Shown: positions 1 through 12,848 of the stretch, in pieces
How positions within the stretch are numbered: position 1 is the first letter of the stretch
Layout: each line of letters starts with the position of its first letter
NCBI GenBank assembly: GCA_010405405.1
Contig: MU004233.1
Coordinates: 499,067 to 563,066 of the forward strand
Length of the DNA: 64,000 nt
From: Microthyrium microscopicum
Taxonomy: Eukaryota
Reading direction: 5' to 3'
Translations under genes and position numbers: made by a program
Notes under the pieces: generated by a model
The model's database searches: none
Seen by the model: only the letters and a program-made list of their open reading frames with translations
Told to the model about the DNA's origin: nothing

Positions 1-17
1 ACATTGAAAGTGATACC

Positions 18-1985
18 TCAATGCTCGCAGAAGTTATAAGTCTCAAAGTTGTTCTCAACAGCGTTCGTAAAGCCAGTTCTCTCAGCCATCAACTCCAGTC
101 TCAGTCTTTTAGCCTCTTCCAAACTCATCATCCCTGCAATAGCCTCTTTCGTAATCATATCGGCGAGTTCATGCGGCAGTTTCTCCACGTTGCCATGTTT
201 CACTGCTTCGGCAGCCCACTCCTGTTGCTGAGGCGGCACGTTTGCTGTCGATAAGATACGATAGTGCGGATCCACGAGCCAGAGAACCAAGAGTCTTCGA
301 TGGCCTTTCTTAGTCGGATCAACTAGATGAAAAGGCTCAACCTTGTGCTGCAACGCATTCGGGAAAACAAGTAATCGATCTCCTGGCGTAGCCACACTGC
401 CAATTTCCTGAACTGCAGGCTCATCACTCAATCCCTCCGTCCCAAACACAACAGACAGCGGTTGATGGTCGTCCTGTTCATTTTCCATATTCATATCATC
501 CAACTTCGACTCTTGGCGAAATCGAAGACGAGCTTCACTGACATTTTCGACATCATAATAGTAGATCGCTGTTGCGACAATATGTTCGTTCCGCATGCCT
601 TCTAGATGCCAATTGCCACCCGCATATTCCGGCTTTTCCGGGCTCAACTCAATTGAGGACAATTTGACAATGACCTGTAAACCTTGCTTGCGAAACTTCT
701 CTTGAAGCTTGACCACGTTCGCATCTCGAGGGGCACCACCGGTTTTGCCATAGTACGGTTTACCGAAAACACCGTTGCCAGTGTCGCCGCGCTTCCATTG
801 GTCGTAGGAGAAGCTGATGCCCGGCTCGGGATGTAGCACCTTACGCATCCGAATCCATTTCCAGCGAATTGCGGATTCGTCAAGCCACGCCTCTTCGGAC
901 TGGTAATCGTCTTCATCGTGTTCCTCGTCATGTGCGAAGCCTGGACGATAGTCGGGGTTGTCAGGTTCTCGGAGATATTCCCGGACTTTGGTGAAATCAG
1001 GGTCTTCGCCAAAATCAGGAGGCTCTGCAGGGTCCAATTCAGCGCCGTAAGTGCGGATGCGAGGACTCAAGTAGCTGTGACCGCTTAGTAGAACCTGATT
1101 CCAAAGTGGTATAGACTTGGCGATTACGGACTCAATGATCTGGTACAGCGGCTGATGCAAACTAGGATTAAGATTGTTAATGTAAGATGTGATATGGACG
1201 GCGGTGTCGTCAGGGTCTTCCGAATTGCGAAATTTGACCTCAGCTGGTAGCCATTGGAAGCGATTGGACCAGAGTGGCTCATTAGAGATGCTGCTTTGTA
1301 ACCATTGTCCCTGTCTGGTACGAGCAATAGTCTGGTTGGCGGCCGCGATATCTCCTTGGCCGGAGGAAGCCAGGCAGTTCAGGAGACCAACTTGGCCAGT
1401 TTGCAAAACCCGGGTTTGGCCATAGACAAGAGGATACAGAGACGGATGTACGAGATTGAGGACTTGATCGTTGGAATTTGGGTGCCAATCCTTTTCAGAA
1501 TCTTCCACACTGAGTAGCAGTTCAACGACCTTTCTCAGCTCGTCGCGTAGTTCTGATGGAATAGTACTGTCACTCTTGATAACACTAGATTCGGTCTCAT
1601 ATGTTCGAATGAAGCCATCCTTCACAAAGTCCGATGCACGATCACGGAGCTCGATGATGCACCACTCAAATGCCTTTTCGCTCAAAAGTCCATCAGGTAA
1701 AGCCGCTGCCTCGTCTTTCCACTTGTTAACAATTTTGTCATCAAATATCTTGGCATTCCAATTTGGCTTCTCCGTCAAGGCGTCCATAAAGCGTAGCATG
1801 GAAATTTCTCGCACTGTTAGCCTTTCGGCAACGAAATCGTTGGCTCCATGGCGGAAGTAAAGCTCGCAGTCTGGATAGGAATTGAAGCGGCGCGGTTCAT
1901 AGTCTATCGCAACGCCAAATCCAGGAACTTGTAGTTTGCCCTTTCCAGAATTGTCTAGGTCCATATCTGATGAGCGATCGGACAT
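18..1985 (-). CDS. DUF4246-family protein (possible 2OG-Fe(II) oxygenase-like C-terminal fold)
   Basis: Long intronless ORF. Motifs DWHPNSNDQVLNLVHPSLYPLVYG, FQWLP, YINNL, LQVIVKLSSIELSPEKPEYAGGNWHLEG, FPNALQHKVEPF and GHRRLLVLWLVDP match my recollection of DUF4246. The start is placed at ATG 1985 (MSDRS); ATG 1964 is an alternative, and the track's GTG start at 2207 is unlikely in a eukaryote. Confidence 0.85.
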   Translation of the reverse strand: MSDRSSDMDLDNSGKGKLQVPGFGVAIDYEPRRFNSYPDCELYFRHGANDFVAERLTVREISMLRFMDALTEKPNWNAKIFDDKIVNKWKDEAAALPDGLLSEKAFEWCIIELRDRASDFVKDGFIRTYETESSVIKSDSTIPSELRDELRKVVELLLSVEDSEKDWHPNSNDQVLNLVHPSLYPLVYGQTRVLQTGQVGLLNCLASSGQGDIAAANQTIARTRQGQWLQSSISNEPLWSNRFQWLPAEVKFRNSEDPDDTAVHITSYINNLNPSLHQPLYQIIESVIAKSIPLWNQVLLSGHSYLSPRIRTYGAELDPAEPPDFGEDPDFTKVREYLREPDNPDYRPGFAHDEEHDEDDYQSEEAWLDESAIRWKWIRMRKVLHPEPGISFSYDQWKRGDTGNGVFGKPYYGKTGGAPRDANVVKLQEKFRKQGLQVIVKLSSIELSPEKPEYAGGNWHLEGMRNEHIVATAIYYYDVENVSEARLRFRQESKLDDMNMENEQDDHQPLSVVFGTEGLSDEPAVQEIGSVATPGDRLLVFPNALQHKVEPFHLVDPTKKGHRRLLVLWLVDPHYRILSTANVPPQQQEWAAEAVKHGNVEKLPHELADMITKEAIAGMMSLEEAKRLRLELMAERTGFTNAVENNFETYNFCEH

Positions 1986-2769
1986 TTTGAGATGATTGAT
2001 GAACCGAGCGAATTTGGCCGAGCAAGAAGGTAGTGCGAATGGATCCGTTTTGTGACACACGCCTGTCGTTGAAATGTTGATTGAATGTGCTCTCGAGAAA
2101 ATCAGTAGTATCGCGAAAGTAATGTACGACTTGCGCATTGTGCGAGGCGTGAATATACTCGTATCTGTAGAAAAGACTGGACTGCCCTTTATATTGTTGC
2201 CGTACACATCTTGAATCTAACAGACTTTGACACCAAAAGAATCCTTCAAGGCAGCAACACGATTTCCCTGTATGGGATCCAATCAGACATACAAACGGTC
2301 TGGAAATAGATCCTTGGGTTTTTAAGTTAGTGATGCCAAGATGAAGATCGGGCTGAGGTGCATGATATTTGGACTTCTCAGCGACGGCTGCTGAGATTGG
2401 TGGATATGTTGCCTATCCTCAGGGGTCGGCTTTCGGATCTTCCAGGCCTTCAGCATCCAGCTGCTTCACCCTGAACAGAAGCCGAATCAACGGCAAGTCC
2501 GAACCTGCAAATCGAATTGCGTGACTTGTGAGCGACGTTGTTGGAGGTTCTCGGAGTTGAGAACAGGATAGGGGCAAATGAAAACAACAGGCGTCAAAAC
2601 GCGCTAGCCCAATCGAGACATGAACCGTTACTCCCTTCGGTCCTCTGGGACCATTTAGTTTCTGTCCTTCGATTTCTCACAACTCGATTCGGTCTCCTCC
2701 ATCATTGAATGAATTTGCCTCTGACGGACGCCGGTTGCTTTTTGTCATGGTATATCCAACCCACAAGAC

Positions 2770-4675
2770 TCAAATAATAGTGATCTCCCTTCTTTCTTCA
2801 GCCACATTGATCCACTTATTTGTGTCAATCATTGCTATGCCAAACCTCTTGAACTGAGTTGACATCCCATCGGGTTGAAATAGAAGGAGCAAGATAGTTC
2901 TGCCTTTTGTGGCAATAAAACCGCCCGATCCAAGACGCAAGCCAAAGGCCGTGCCTTTGCTCCTTTGAATAGCTTCTTGGTCATCTTCAAATGCATCTGG
3001 GTAGAATTTAAGGTAACCAAACATACCAGAAAACCCAACAGATGGCTTGGAAACATCATCAGGCCACATCCCAATTACCTTACCTGTTGCCAGATAACCA
3101 GTAACGCAAATATGTCCTGAAGATACCGATCCCGTTGGATTGCTTGTAGTAGGAATGCAAACCGAGCTCTGAATATCGATATGATCCTTGTTTACCCAAC
3201 GGCTTAAATGCGACACTTTCCCAAGAACAGAGCACCAAGACCAGGAGGGTGCCAGGTACGATTGTGGTCGTCGACCATACTCAGCAACATGCCAACACAG
3301 ATCATGGATAAGGTTGTCTTTCCACAAACCAGCAAGATACTGACTTCCTCGAATGACTTGAAATCTTTGTGCTATGCCTGACAAAGCAGGTAGCCGATCC
3401 TGCTCATGGGTGATGTCTTTGCCAGAGTAAAGCTCAACAATGCGTTGCCAAGGTTGTGTGCACTCGCGTTCTTCGCGTATGACGTCTGCAAACATTGCTT
3501 TTATGCCGTCAAATCTGTATACGCGCGTACTGCAATAACACTGAAGTTCTTGATTGCATTGCCAGTAGAGCTCATGGTGCCCGCAAAAGAGGACCCTTGG
3601 AGAGAGCAATTGCTCTTGATAAGCCCAGGCTCGTCGGAGTAAAGGGTGCTCGTAATCCCATTCTTCCCGTCCGTCTCCCGGTGTCGGTGTCAGAAATCTA
3701 AATTGGTCATGGGCCACATACCGGTAACTGCGTACGAACAGGCCCGTAGAAGCTCCCAGTATCAACGGATCTGGTACTTCGATTTGACCAGCACTATGGG
3801 AAACTCGTCGGAATATTCCCTCTGTAGAGTTCACAGAGACAGTCGCGGAGATGGTCAAGAAGGAACCGCCATAGATGTTGGACATTTGCGGTGATTGATT
3901 AACCCAATCCTGAGTGTCATCCTGTATGATGCACAAACAATCAATCCACAAATACCGGATCCCCAAGTATCTTGTGAGTTTCACTGCGTCTCGAAATGTT
4001 GCCGGTAAAGTCAACCATGGAATCCCTGCAGCATGTTGTTGATAGTTGTTTTTCTTTGTCTGGAGGGGCAGATATATTTGGCGTCCATATCCAACTTTTC
4101 CGTGGCTAATAGTTTCACAAAACCCGCATTATCTGTACCAACGTCTAAAACCCGTGCCGGCATGAATTGCTCCCCTTGGCTGTTGCATTTTAGGTGATTC
4201 TGGGAACAAGCGTTGATCCAAGGCATGATCAAGTCGAGATTTGCTTTCGAACCAACGTAGAGTTGTTGCTTTCTCCCTAATGGGACTAAAGGCCAGGTTG
4301 TTTCATGACCTAGTTTGTCACCCAGAGGTCATGATATTCACCCAAATAATTTCCTTTAGGGAAGGACTTACTGGGAAGGGTAAACATTTGAAAGATCGGC
4401 TTATCGTTCATAGAGATGTCCCATAAGCCAGAATAGCCCTCGCGAATATCTACTGCACAATCGCTATCTTGGTCAACCTTTTTTGAGAATAGTCTAATAG
4501 CTTCCACCAAGATGGTACAAAATTGGCAGCCTTGAGCAGAAGTCAACTTAAGCTCCTTGAGCCCTACTTCTGTTGTATTAGTTTCCTGGTCCAATTGTCG
4601 GTAGTATGGACAACTATTTGAGTCATGACCTCGATATTCATTTGACTCCATGTCCAATGGCTCTGAGTAGAGCAT
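2770..4675 (-). pseudogene. Heterokaryon incompatibility (HET-domain) gene, apparently frameshifted
   Basis: Three track ORFs form one HET gene: N-terminal GCQFC, WINAC..H..C, PARVLDVG, then LPATFRDAV..TR.LGIRYLWIDCLCIIQDD, M..IY, RAWAYQE..LSPR, DRLPALSGIA and APSWSW. Near 4065-4075 the frame reading DAKYIC shifts to the frame reading PLQTKKNN..GIPW, and the conserved LSHxWG motif is missing. Confidence 0.7.
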
Positions 4676-5145
4676 TCGTGTGTTCTAAGAAGCCATCAGT
4701 GTTTGCTCTCCCGCTGATATCAGAGCTAGAGGCTTATGCTACCAGTGCCGTGTAGACTGCGCCCTTAAGCTTTCACTTCCTTCCACAGTCGCTTGTCTTC
4801 GAAAGAGTATTAGTCTTGTGACTTTCTCCCCAACCTTGACTTAGCCGCGTGATGCATGTGACTAGTGGAGGCGTAGCTTGGCGTAGTTACCGCGTACCGC
4901 TGCCAAGTCCTTGCTGACCAGTTGCTGACTAGATTTACGCCCTCGCACTTTAGCAGCCTGGATGACCGTCAATACGACGCGACTGCGAGATCTCAGACAA
5001 AATATCTACCTACATAAAATACCAAACAGCCATGGTACTGTATGTGTTCACCTGGGCTCCAGCTCTGCGCGCGGATCGAGTGCACCAAACTGTGTAGATG
5101 CCGCACTAGCACTCTGTGACGACACTGTCGAGTGAGGAATCGAGG

Positions 5146-6758
5146 ATGATTCATCGAAATGGGTCAGCAAGCAAAGCTTGTCACAATTGTCGTCAAAATC
5201 GCCGGAAATGCGATCGCTCGGTTCCTACGTGCAATAAATGCCACTCCACCAGGCAAGAATGCCTTGGCTATGGGAAACTTTTGCAGTGGACCAACAGTGT
5301 TGCAACTCGCGGGAAGATGATGGGCAAGAACTTTTCAGCTGCCGGAACATCGCAATCAATTGGTGGTCCTGGTTTTATCAAGATCTCCAAGCAAAGTCAA
5401 GCGTTTTTGTCTTCGACATTAAGGTCAAGTTGGTGTTTACAACCCAGCGATCCCCCTTTCAGCGACCTGAGCAAGACATCAAGATTCTATTTGTCCTATT
5501 GTAAGCACAAACGAAAACTGCCTCATAGTTTGTGCCACTGATAACTTATAATACCAAAGATGATTCACAGGTCTGCAAAGATCTTGTACTTCAAGATGTA
5601 CACGAGCATAATCCATTCCGAGATCTCTTATCTCTCACTGGCGATTACTTGGTCTTGCGAGAAATAATCATTGCGAACTCTGCACTTCATTTTGCAAACG
5701 TAACGAAAAAGGGCACGTTGAAATGTAATATCGGATCGGCTTCGCCTTCAGAGGCGTATAAAGATGCTCTAGTAGCCAAACAACAAGCTCTGCGCTTGCT
5801 ATCTGATGCTTTGTCTAGTGGTGATTTTAGAAACTCGGCTATCATCCTCGCCTCAATGATGCTTTTTATCAAGTTCGAGCTTTTGGACTCGGGTAGAAAT
5901 GGCTGGAGGTTTCATACAGAAGGTGCCCGACAACTCATGGTGTACCTACGCGACAACGGGAAACCAGATCTGCCTGCTCTTTACAATTTAAAGCACATTC
6001 TGATATCGAATTGCACAATGTAAGGACCTCCAGTAAGTCATACAGTTACCAAAATTCTAAATCGAAACAGATATGACATCCTTGGCACTACTTTAACTGC
6101 CTCAGCGTTAACGAGGAGCTCAGATATCGCTTTGCTCAACATAGCCTCGAAGGATATTGACGAAGATATGGCCAATGGCTGTCTGTCCTGTCCGCCGTTG
6201 CTACTTCAAGTCATTCGCGATGTATCCCGCTTTTCACAGTCAACCAGCGAATCCAATATGATTGAAAACAACGCTATCCAGCTCTTATCGGTGGTGGATG
6301 CATTCAATCCATATGCCTGGGCAAGCTCCCTACAGAAGATTTCCACGTCATTCGACCTAGACAAACGTGCTCATATAGGTTGCGCATACAAGGAAGCAGT
6401 GAAGATCTATATCATTCGAGCTACGAGCGCGGCCAATTCGCCTGCAATTCATTCGGATTCGCTTGAAGATCTTGTGTCCGAAATTATTCTCCATTTGACC
6501 CCTGTCCCACCGGAGGACTCCTTTTTCAAGGCAACTTGCTGGCCTTCATTCATGGCAGGAGCCGAGACCAATGATCCTGCCCAACGCAAATGGGTTTTAA
6601 GCCGTCTGGAAACTGGTTTAAATACTCTTCCCTGGGGATTCCTCTCAAGTGCTGTTGATCTATTGCCTCTCGTTTGGGACTATAAGAGTCAGTATGAACC
6701 AGGACCGGACTGGTTGATTCATCTGAAGCTCTCGGATAATGACTGGCTCATTGCATGA
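5146..6758 (+). CDS. Zn(II)2Cys6 transcription factor with fungal-specific TF domain
   Basis: ACHNCRQNRRKCDRSVPTCNKC..C binuclear cluster followed by L.W.NSVATRGKM; C-terminal WPSFMAGAE. Predicted introns 5501-5559 and 6020-6070 (GT..AG) join the three ORF segments in frame. Confidence 0.9.
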
Positions 6759-7965
6759 TCTCGAAGGACGTTCTCACTGCAAAACCATGGAATTTCCTGA
6801 AAGGAAAAAACTGCCTTATGGCCACCAGCAGGCTCAGATAAGGACGGCGACAGACATATATCTAATCTGCACCTCCCTCAAAATCCTTACAGTGAGCCTC
6901 CGAAAGGTACACTTGAAGCTCAATCCGGCGACTAGATGCTCGCCTGGTCGGCTTCGCGTGTAGAGACTCTTGACTGGCAATGACCTTATATTAGATATGC
7001 TTAGGTAAGGCGGCCATTGCGGTTAACTTTGTAGCTGGAATCAATCTAACTGAATACCATTCGAAGAATCATCTAAAACTCAAAGAAAATCCAATTCTCT
7101 CCTCTAGAGTTATCTTAGGCAAATCCCACGACCAAGGCTAATGGCCTCCTTTTGCAACTAATCTTGAGCTCTGTCTCTTTCCAATGTGCCTCCTTCGATC
7201 ATGGTAGATCGCGTTGCAGTAATTGCTTTTGGCTCTCGTTCATGAATGGCTTGAACGTGTTCTAGAAACTCTGATGGCTACCACCAGCGCTGCTTACCAA
7301 AAGGGGCTGCACTTGCCATCGTATCTAATGAATGCTCCCATTCCGAAAGCCCTTGATAGCAGATAGAACACTCGATAACAGAGCGTAGCTTCTGCGCGCC
7401 ATCTGAGTTGATGGGAGTACGCCATATATTTTGTCTCTCAGTTGCCAGTCTTGATATCTATGATTGGGCGCTAGCTGTCAATCTGTGACAGATAAGCGCT
7501 AGCAGTCCATCTTCATAGCTGCTCGCTAATTTTTTGAGTTTCTCAAATGTCTGGGTTTCATTGCAGATAGGATTGACAATATTGATCAGAGTTGTGAGAG
7601 GATGCGAGAAGTTAGGAAATCAAGACGTGAAGTTACACGGTTGTGGACTTGTTTCCGCCCCGGTTACTGCGCCACAAGGCTTTTGATCGGTCACTGCCAT
7701 GGCCGCTGATCAGAACCTCAGTCTGGGAAATTTGGATTCTTTCTCCTCTTTGGAAACACAATCTTGTTCATCATTGTTTATCATCCGTTGAAGAATTCCA
7801 CGACATGGGCTTCCGACATCGAGGCACCGCTGCGTCTCTGCATTGAGAAGATCGACATTGAACTCATCAGCATCATTCCCTTCTTGGCTACCTAGTAGAC
7901 GCGATTTCCTAAAGACCGACCAATATATCATACCGTCAGTCGAGCTTAGCGAATTCGTCTACAAA

Positions 7966-10277
7966 ATGCCAAAGATTAGCAGCAGGGGTCCCGCCTTTGG
8001 AAGAAAGAGAAAGGCTCCGGCAAAGCAGCCAACTGCTGGTATCAGAACCTCGAAGCGACTTCAAAAGGAAGAGATGCGGGTAGCAGCACTAGCATCTGCA
8101 TCGTCTACCACAAATGTGTCAGAACTCCAATTGTGCTGCTCCTATTGCACTCGCAATGGGCTTGGAGATATAAGTGCTTATGTTATAATCGAGTCGATAA
8201 ATCGAGATGAATTGCGCCATATTCTGCACAATATGAATAATTCAGCTTGCAACTCTTGTGAGCTTTTGGGCGGTGCCATACGCATGACCGACCTCCTGCC
8301 AGACAGAGAAGGAATTGGGTCTGGAGATCTCAACTCATTTGCCCCATTTAAAATGACGACGTACAAGGGGAAGCTTGTGATTAGCGATTCGCATAAATCA
8401 TACGACTCCGTGGTAGGTGTAAACTGTCCAAGTACAATCAATAATACTCATGGCTTATCATAATACAGCTTCTCGACACTAATCACGGCGACAATCCCAT
8501 CACCATTCCAGAATCGATCGACTTCGCCGCTCCTATAGCCTGGCTCGAGCATTGCAAAAGAAATCACGAGAAAGGTTGCGGTCAACGAGACGTTGCGCTA
8601 CGACACTTGACGCCAATAGATGTCATCCTAGTTGACGTGAATAGAGACTGTTTGACGATGAGTACAACTGCCTCTACATACTTTGCCTTGAGCTACGTCT
8701 GGGGTGGTACGGAGATTGCAAAGACAACCATGAATAGTCAGGCTGCCTTCAGGCAACCTGGGTCATTGAAAGATGGATTAACCTTGCCTAAAACTATATC
8801 CGACGCAATGTTGTTGACCAAAAAGATGGGAGTGGGGTATCTTTGGGTGGACTGTCTTTGTGTCGTACAAGATTCTCCGAACAAACACCAAGAAATCGGT
8901 AATATGGATATCGTGTATTCGCAGGCTGAGCTCACGATCGTAGCCGCCAATGGAATGGACGCCGACTCCGGGCTACCTGGTGTTCGACCAAAGACACGCC
9001 GGGAAACAGTCGCGTCTAAGATCCAGGGACCATACTTCTTAAAAAGACAGATGCCAGTGGATAAGCCCAGCATTTTTGATCAAACTACGTATAGTACTCG
9101 TGGATGGACATTCCAGGAGCTGACTTTATCAAAGCGAGTACTTTTGGTTACGAACAATCAACTCGTATTTCACTGCGACACCACAAGATGTTCGGAATCA
9201 CAGTCGGGAGAAGAGAGTCACCGTAATGGAGAAGTTGGTGCTGGCATAATTGATCTGCGGAATAAGAAAAGTTCAACTCGAAGCAATATTTCCATTCTGC
9301 AGTCATACTTTGCAATGGTCACGGAGTACTGCAAGAAGCGACTAAGCTACCAAGCAGACATTGAAAATGCCTTTGCTGGACTGGCTTCCATCCTACAAGA
9401 ATGGTGTGGGGAGACTCCGGTCATCCATGGAATGCTGTCTAGCCTTTTCGGCCATTCGATGATGTGGTTTTTCGATACTCATCAGCATCTGTTTAGCGCC
9501 TACTCTCTGACTGAAAGAGGGAAGAGAAGAGACGGTTTCCCATCGTGGTCTTGGACCGGCTGGATCGCCTGCTACAGCAACTTGAACAGTGACTCAAACC
9601 CAGAATTGCCAGTTCAGTCACTAATTGATAATGTCGAGATAACGATCTATAGTGAACGTTATATATCATCGGAGTCTTTAAGCATCGCAGACAAATCATT
9701 CATGAGGGAGGGCGCGGTTGGGACTGGACAGCAAATACAGGTCAACTTGGAACCTACGCAGTACAACTCGAGTGTCGGTTGTTCGAGTACCCTAGCATTT
9801 GATGGAGAGCGAACGGAGTGGAAAAACTTCGCAGTTAAAGGCACAACTGCTCATAATGCAACATTTGCCTTCGCACGCTCCGGGAAAACACTGGAGTGTG
9901 GTTTCCTTTCCGTAGCGCCAGAGGCAGAGATTTGTCACGAGATATATGAATCAGCAACAGATCCACTATCAGAGGCTGATTGCGGTTGGAGTTTAGTGCG
10001 ACTCTATCATTTGCGGATGGCAAAAGAGGCTCAATTTGAGGGCCTCCAGTTTACATTTGAAAGAATTGAGAAAAACTCTGAAGGTCTTGAGAGCGGTTTC
10101 GCTGAGAGGTTTCAGGAGCGACTACAGGCAACTGATCTGTTATTTGTTTTGCTCATTAGACGCAATGGTCAACATTGGGAGCGAATAGGCTCGGGTGTGA
10201 TGTTCCAGAAAGACTGGCCGTCGACTAGCAAACGAGCCAAGGTTCGAGCATATCGCGAGAGAATAGTGCTTGTTTGA
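7966..10277 (+). CDS. HET-domain protein
   Basis: YFALSYVWGG, LPKTISDAM, YLWVDCLCVVQD, MDIVYSQAELTIVAA.G.DA.SGLPG, TRGWTFQE and FPSWSWTGW. Predicted phase-0 intron 8413-8468 joins exon 7966-8412 to the long ORF. Confidence 0.88.
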
Positions 10278-10816
10278 TTATGGAAGACGATCGACGATTT
10301 TGGAACGACGCTTTGATCTGAAAGCCAATGACGCCATGAAGTATTCGGGTACAGGATGGATTACGGAACAACCTCACTAACGAGAGGTTGGCGCTCAGCT
10401 TTACCAGCGTTCATCACTGCGTGATATTGATATCTGGCAGCCGATGGAATATTAAGGTCTCATGTATATACAACGATTGACCAAATTCAATGGTTGCGTC
10501 CGTGAGGAGGCGAGTCAATGTAGTGCCTCCAGTGTCTATTCAGCAATGACCAATAGATGACTAGGTAGGTAGGAAAACACATGCATGAGATATCATTGCG
10601 TGAATTGGAAAGGATGAAGAAAGTCAGCAATCAAGATGAGCATGATGTGAAGTACAGTAGTAGAGACGAATACGCTAAGCCCATTTATGGCCCGTGATTG
10701 GCCCGAGCTACCTGGCTACGATCTATGATGTTTACTCTCCTCTCGCCTCCAAAACATTTATGGATACCGTTATATCCACCACCACTTTCGTATAACTTGC
10801 CTTTACAAGGGATGGC

Positions 10817-12664
10817 ATGGCTACTCTACCAGAGCCTCGCCCACCACATATAGCACCCGACAGCGCCACTGACTCCGACGAATATGGCTCCGATATTGAC
10901 ATGACTATCGATCTCGAGCCCCCAGCACACCCGGACGCGGGCATAACCAGCGCCCAAACAAGTTTCCTAAATAATATCGACGCTACAAGCGACTACGGCT
11001 CCGACCTGAACTCCGACGAAGAACGCGAACTCTCGAAAGTCCTCGGCGAAATCGAGGCGCGCGGAACAGGAGGCGTAGACATCAAAGTATCTGAAGCAAT
11101 CGATCAAGATGTCTCCTACATTGATGTCGTGGCGCGTGTGCCAAAGTTCTTGTCTAGCCAAGACAGCACAAAGACGGGGAGCACTGCCTTCTACACTGCT
11201 GTCGAAAGTTGGAGTCAAAGCACGGGCAAGCGGAGTGGTCGGCCGAGTCTCAATCAGGAGGCAGGCCAGGTGGTATCAGTCGGCAGTAGTAAGTTCTTCG
11301 TGAGGTTGCATATAGGCGTGTCTGACTGACTGTAGCGATTAGTCGCGAGAACAGTTGACGGCGACATATTAGATCGTCCTGGGTCCATACCCAATCCTGC
11401 CGAAAGCTTAGCTAAACCACCACCAGAAGCACCCTTAATCGAGGTTACGAAAGAGCCTGAATCACCGGATCCATCTCCTCCGGTTACATGGCAGCAGCTG
11501 GCAGATAAGATCGCGCCAGTCAAGCGATTTCGGGAATATCGGCCTCTGACGGTGAGCGATCTAGTGTCACCAATGTGGTGCGAATTACAATACTTCAACT
11601 CCTTGTCGAAATACGGGAAAATAAAACGAAGTGCACAAATGAAGCGCGGTGGCGAAGTACACAAGAAGCTAGAACTGGAAGTACATGAGTTCGTCCCAGT
11701 CGATATCCAGACTCGAGAAGATGGCTGGGGTCTACGTCTTTGGAATATCATACAAGGGCTCCGCACTCTTCGGGTAACCGGGATGACTCGAGAACTCGAC
11801 GTCTGGGGCATCGTCAATGGTCAAGTCATATCCGGAGTCATCGACGAAGTCAGCTACACCTGCCCAGACCCGGAGCTAGAAATAGCTCTCTTAGCCTCTG
11901 CGGAGGAAGCGAAAACCGGAAAGAAGGATCCAGATCAGATGTCGATCGAAGAGTTCTTTGCCAAGCGCAAATCTCGTGAAGACAAACTCACTGAAGCCGG
12001 TCCTCGAGTCTACGTGATAGATACCAAAACACGCGCCTATCCCAGTCTTCCCTCCGCCGCGAGTTCGAGGGCTGTTAAGATGCAACTTATGCTCTATCGT
12101 TTCCTCATCACCCAACTGTGTACTGACAAAGTCTCTGGCACAGCCATATTCTCACGGTACGGCGTGGACGCTAACGTCACATTCTCCGAAACCTTCCTCA
12201 AGCAAATCGCCGAGCTCGAGTTCAACTTCAGCCAGCAAGCATCTAGTGCAGAGGCCGCATTATCATCCCAAGCGAGCACCTTCAGCGAGCTTAGAGAGCA
12301 CGCAAACTTGTCCACGCTTTGGGATCTCGTTATACGAGAATATAAGACGACATTTACACCAGCCATGCTATCGCCTGTCCTCACGGCGGTGTTCCGCACA
12401 CAGTCGATGGGTGCGTACATAGGACAACGAACCTTTGTACACGACGACGCTGAGCTAGAGAAACATGTCGTGGATGAATTGGCTTGGTGGGCAGGTCAGC
12501 GAGCGCCCAGAGGCGTCGATATCGAGGATGCATTCAAATGTCGAATGTGTGAGTTTGCGGAAGGATGTGACTGGCGTAAGGATCGCGAGAAGGAGGCCAT
12601 GGAGATGGCGAAGGCGAAGCGCGGCCGGCCAAAGAAGCGGAAAAGCGATGAGACAAGTCCGTGA
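10817..12664 (+). CDS. EXO5: Exonuclease V (Exo5/Dem1), Fe-S 5' exonuclease
   Basis: VSDLVSPMWCELQY, G.EVHKKLE, RELDVWG, GVIDE, DTKTR, QLMLY and C-terminal KCRMCEFAEGCDWR. Acidic N-terminus with SDYGSD-type motifs. Predicted intron about 11289-11342. Confidence 0.88.
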
Positions 12665-12848
12665 AATGGTATGTGAGAGCTTTGTACATTATATTTGATC
12701 GATGACACTGTAACTATACTAAATATATAGGCCCTATGACACCTTATATTAGTCCATAATGAAACGACTGTAATGCTTGCTAAATCCATTGTACATCACC
12801 GAATACCTCAGTCGCTAGATCCAACCCATCCTCTTATATCAGAACACA

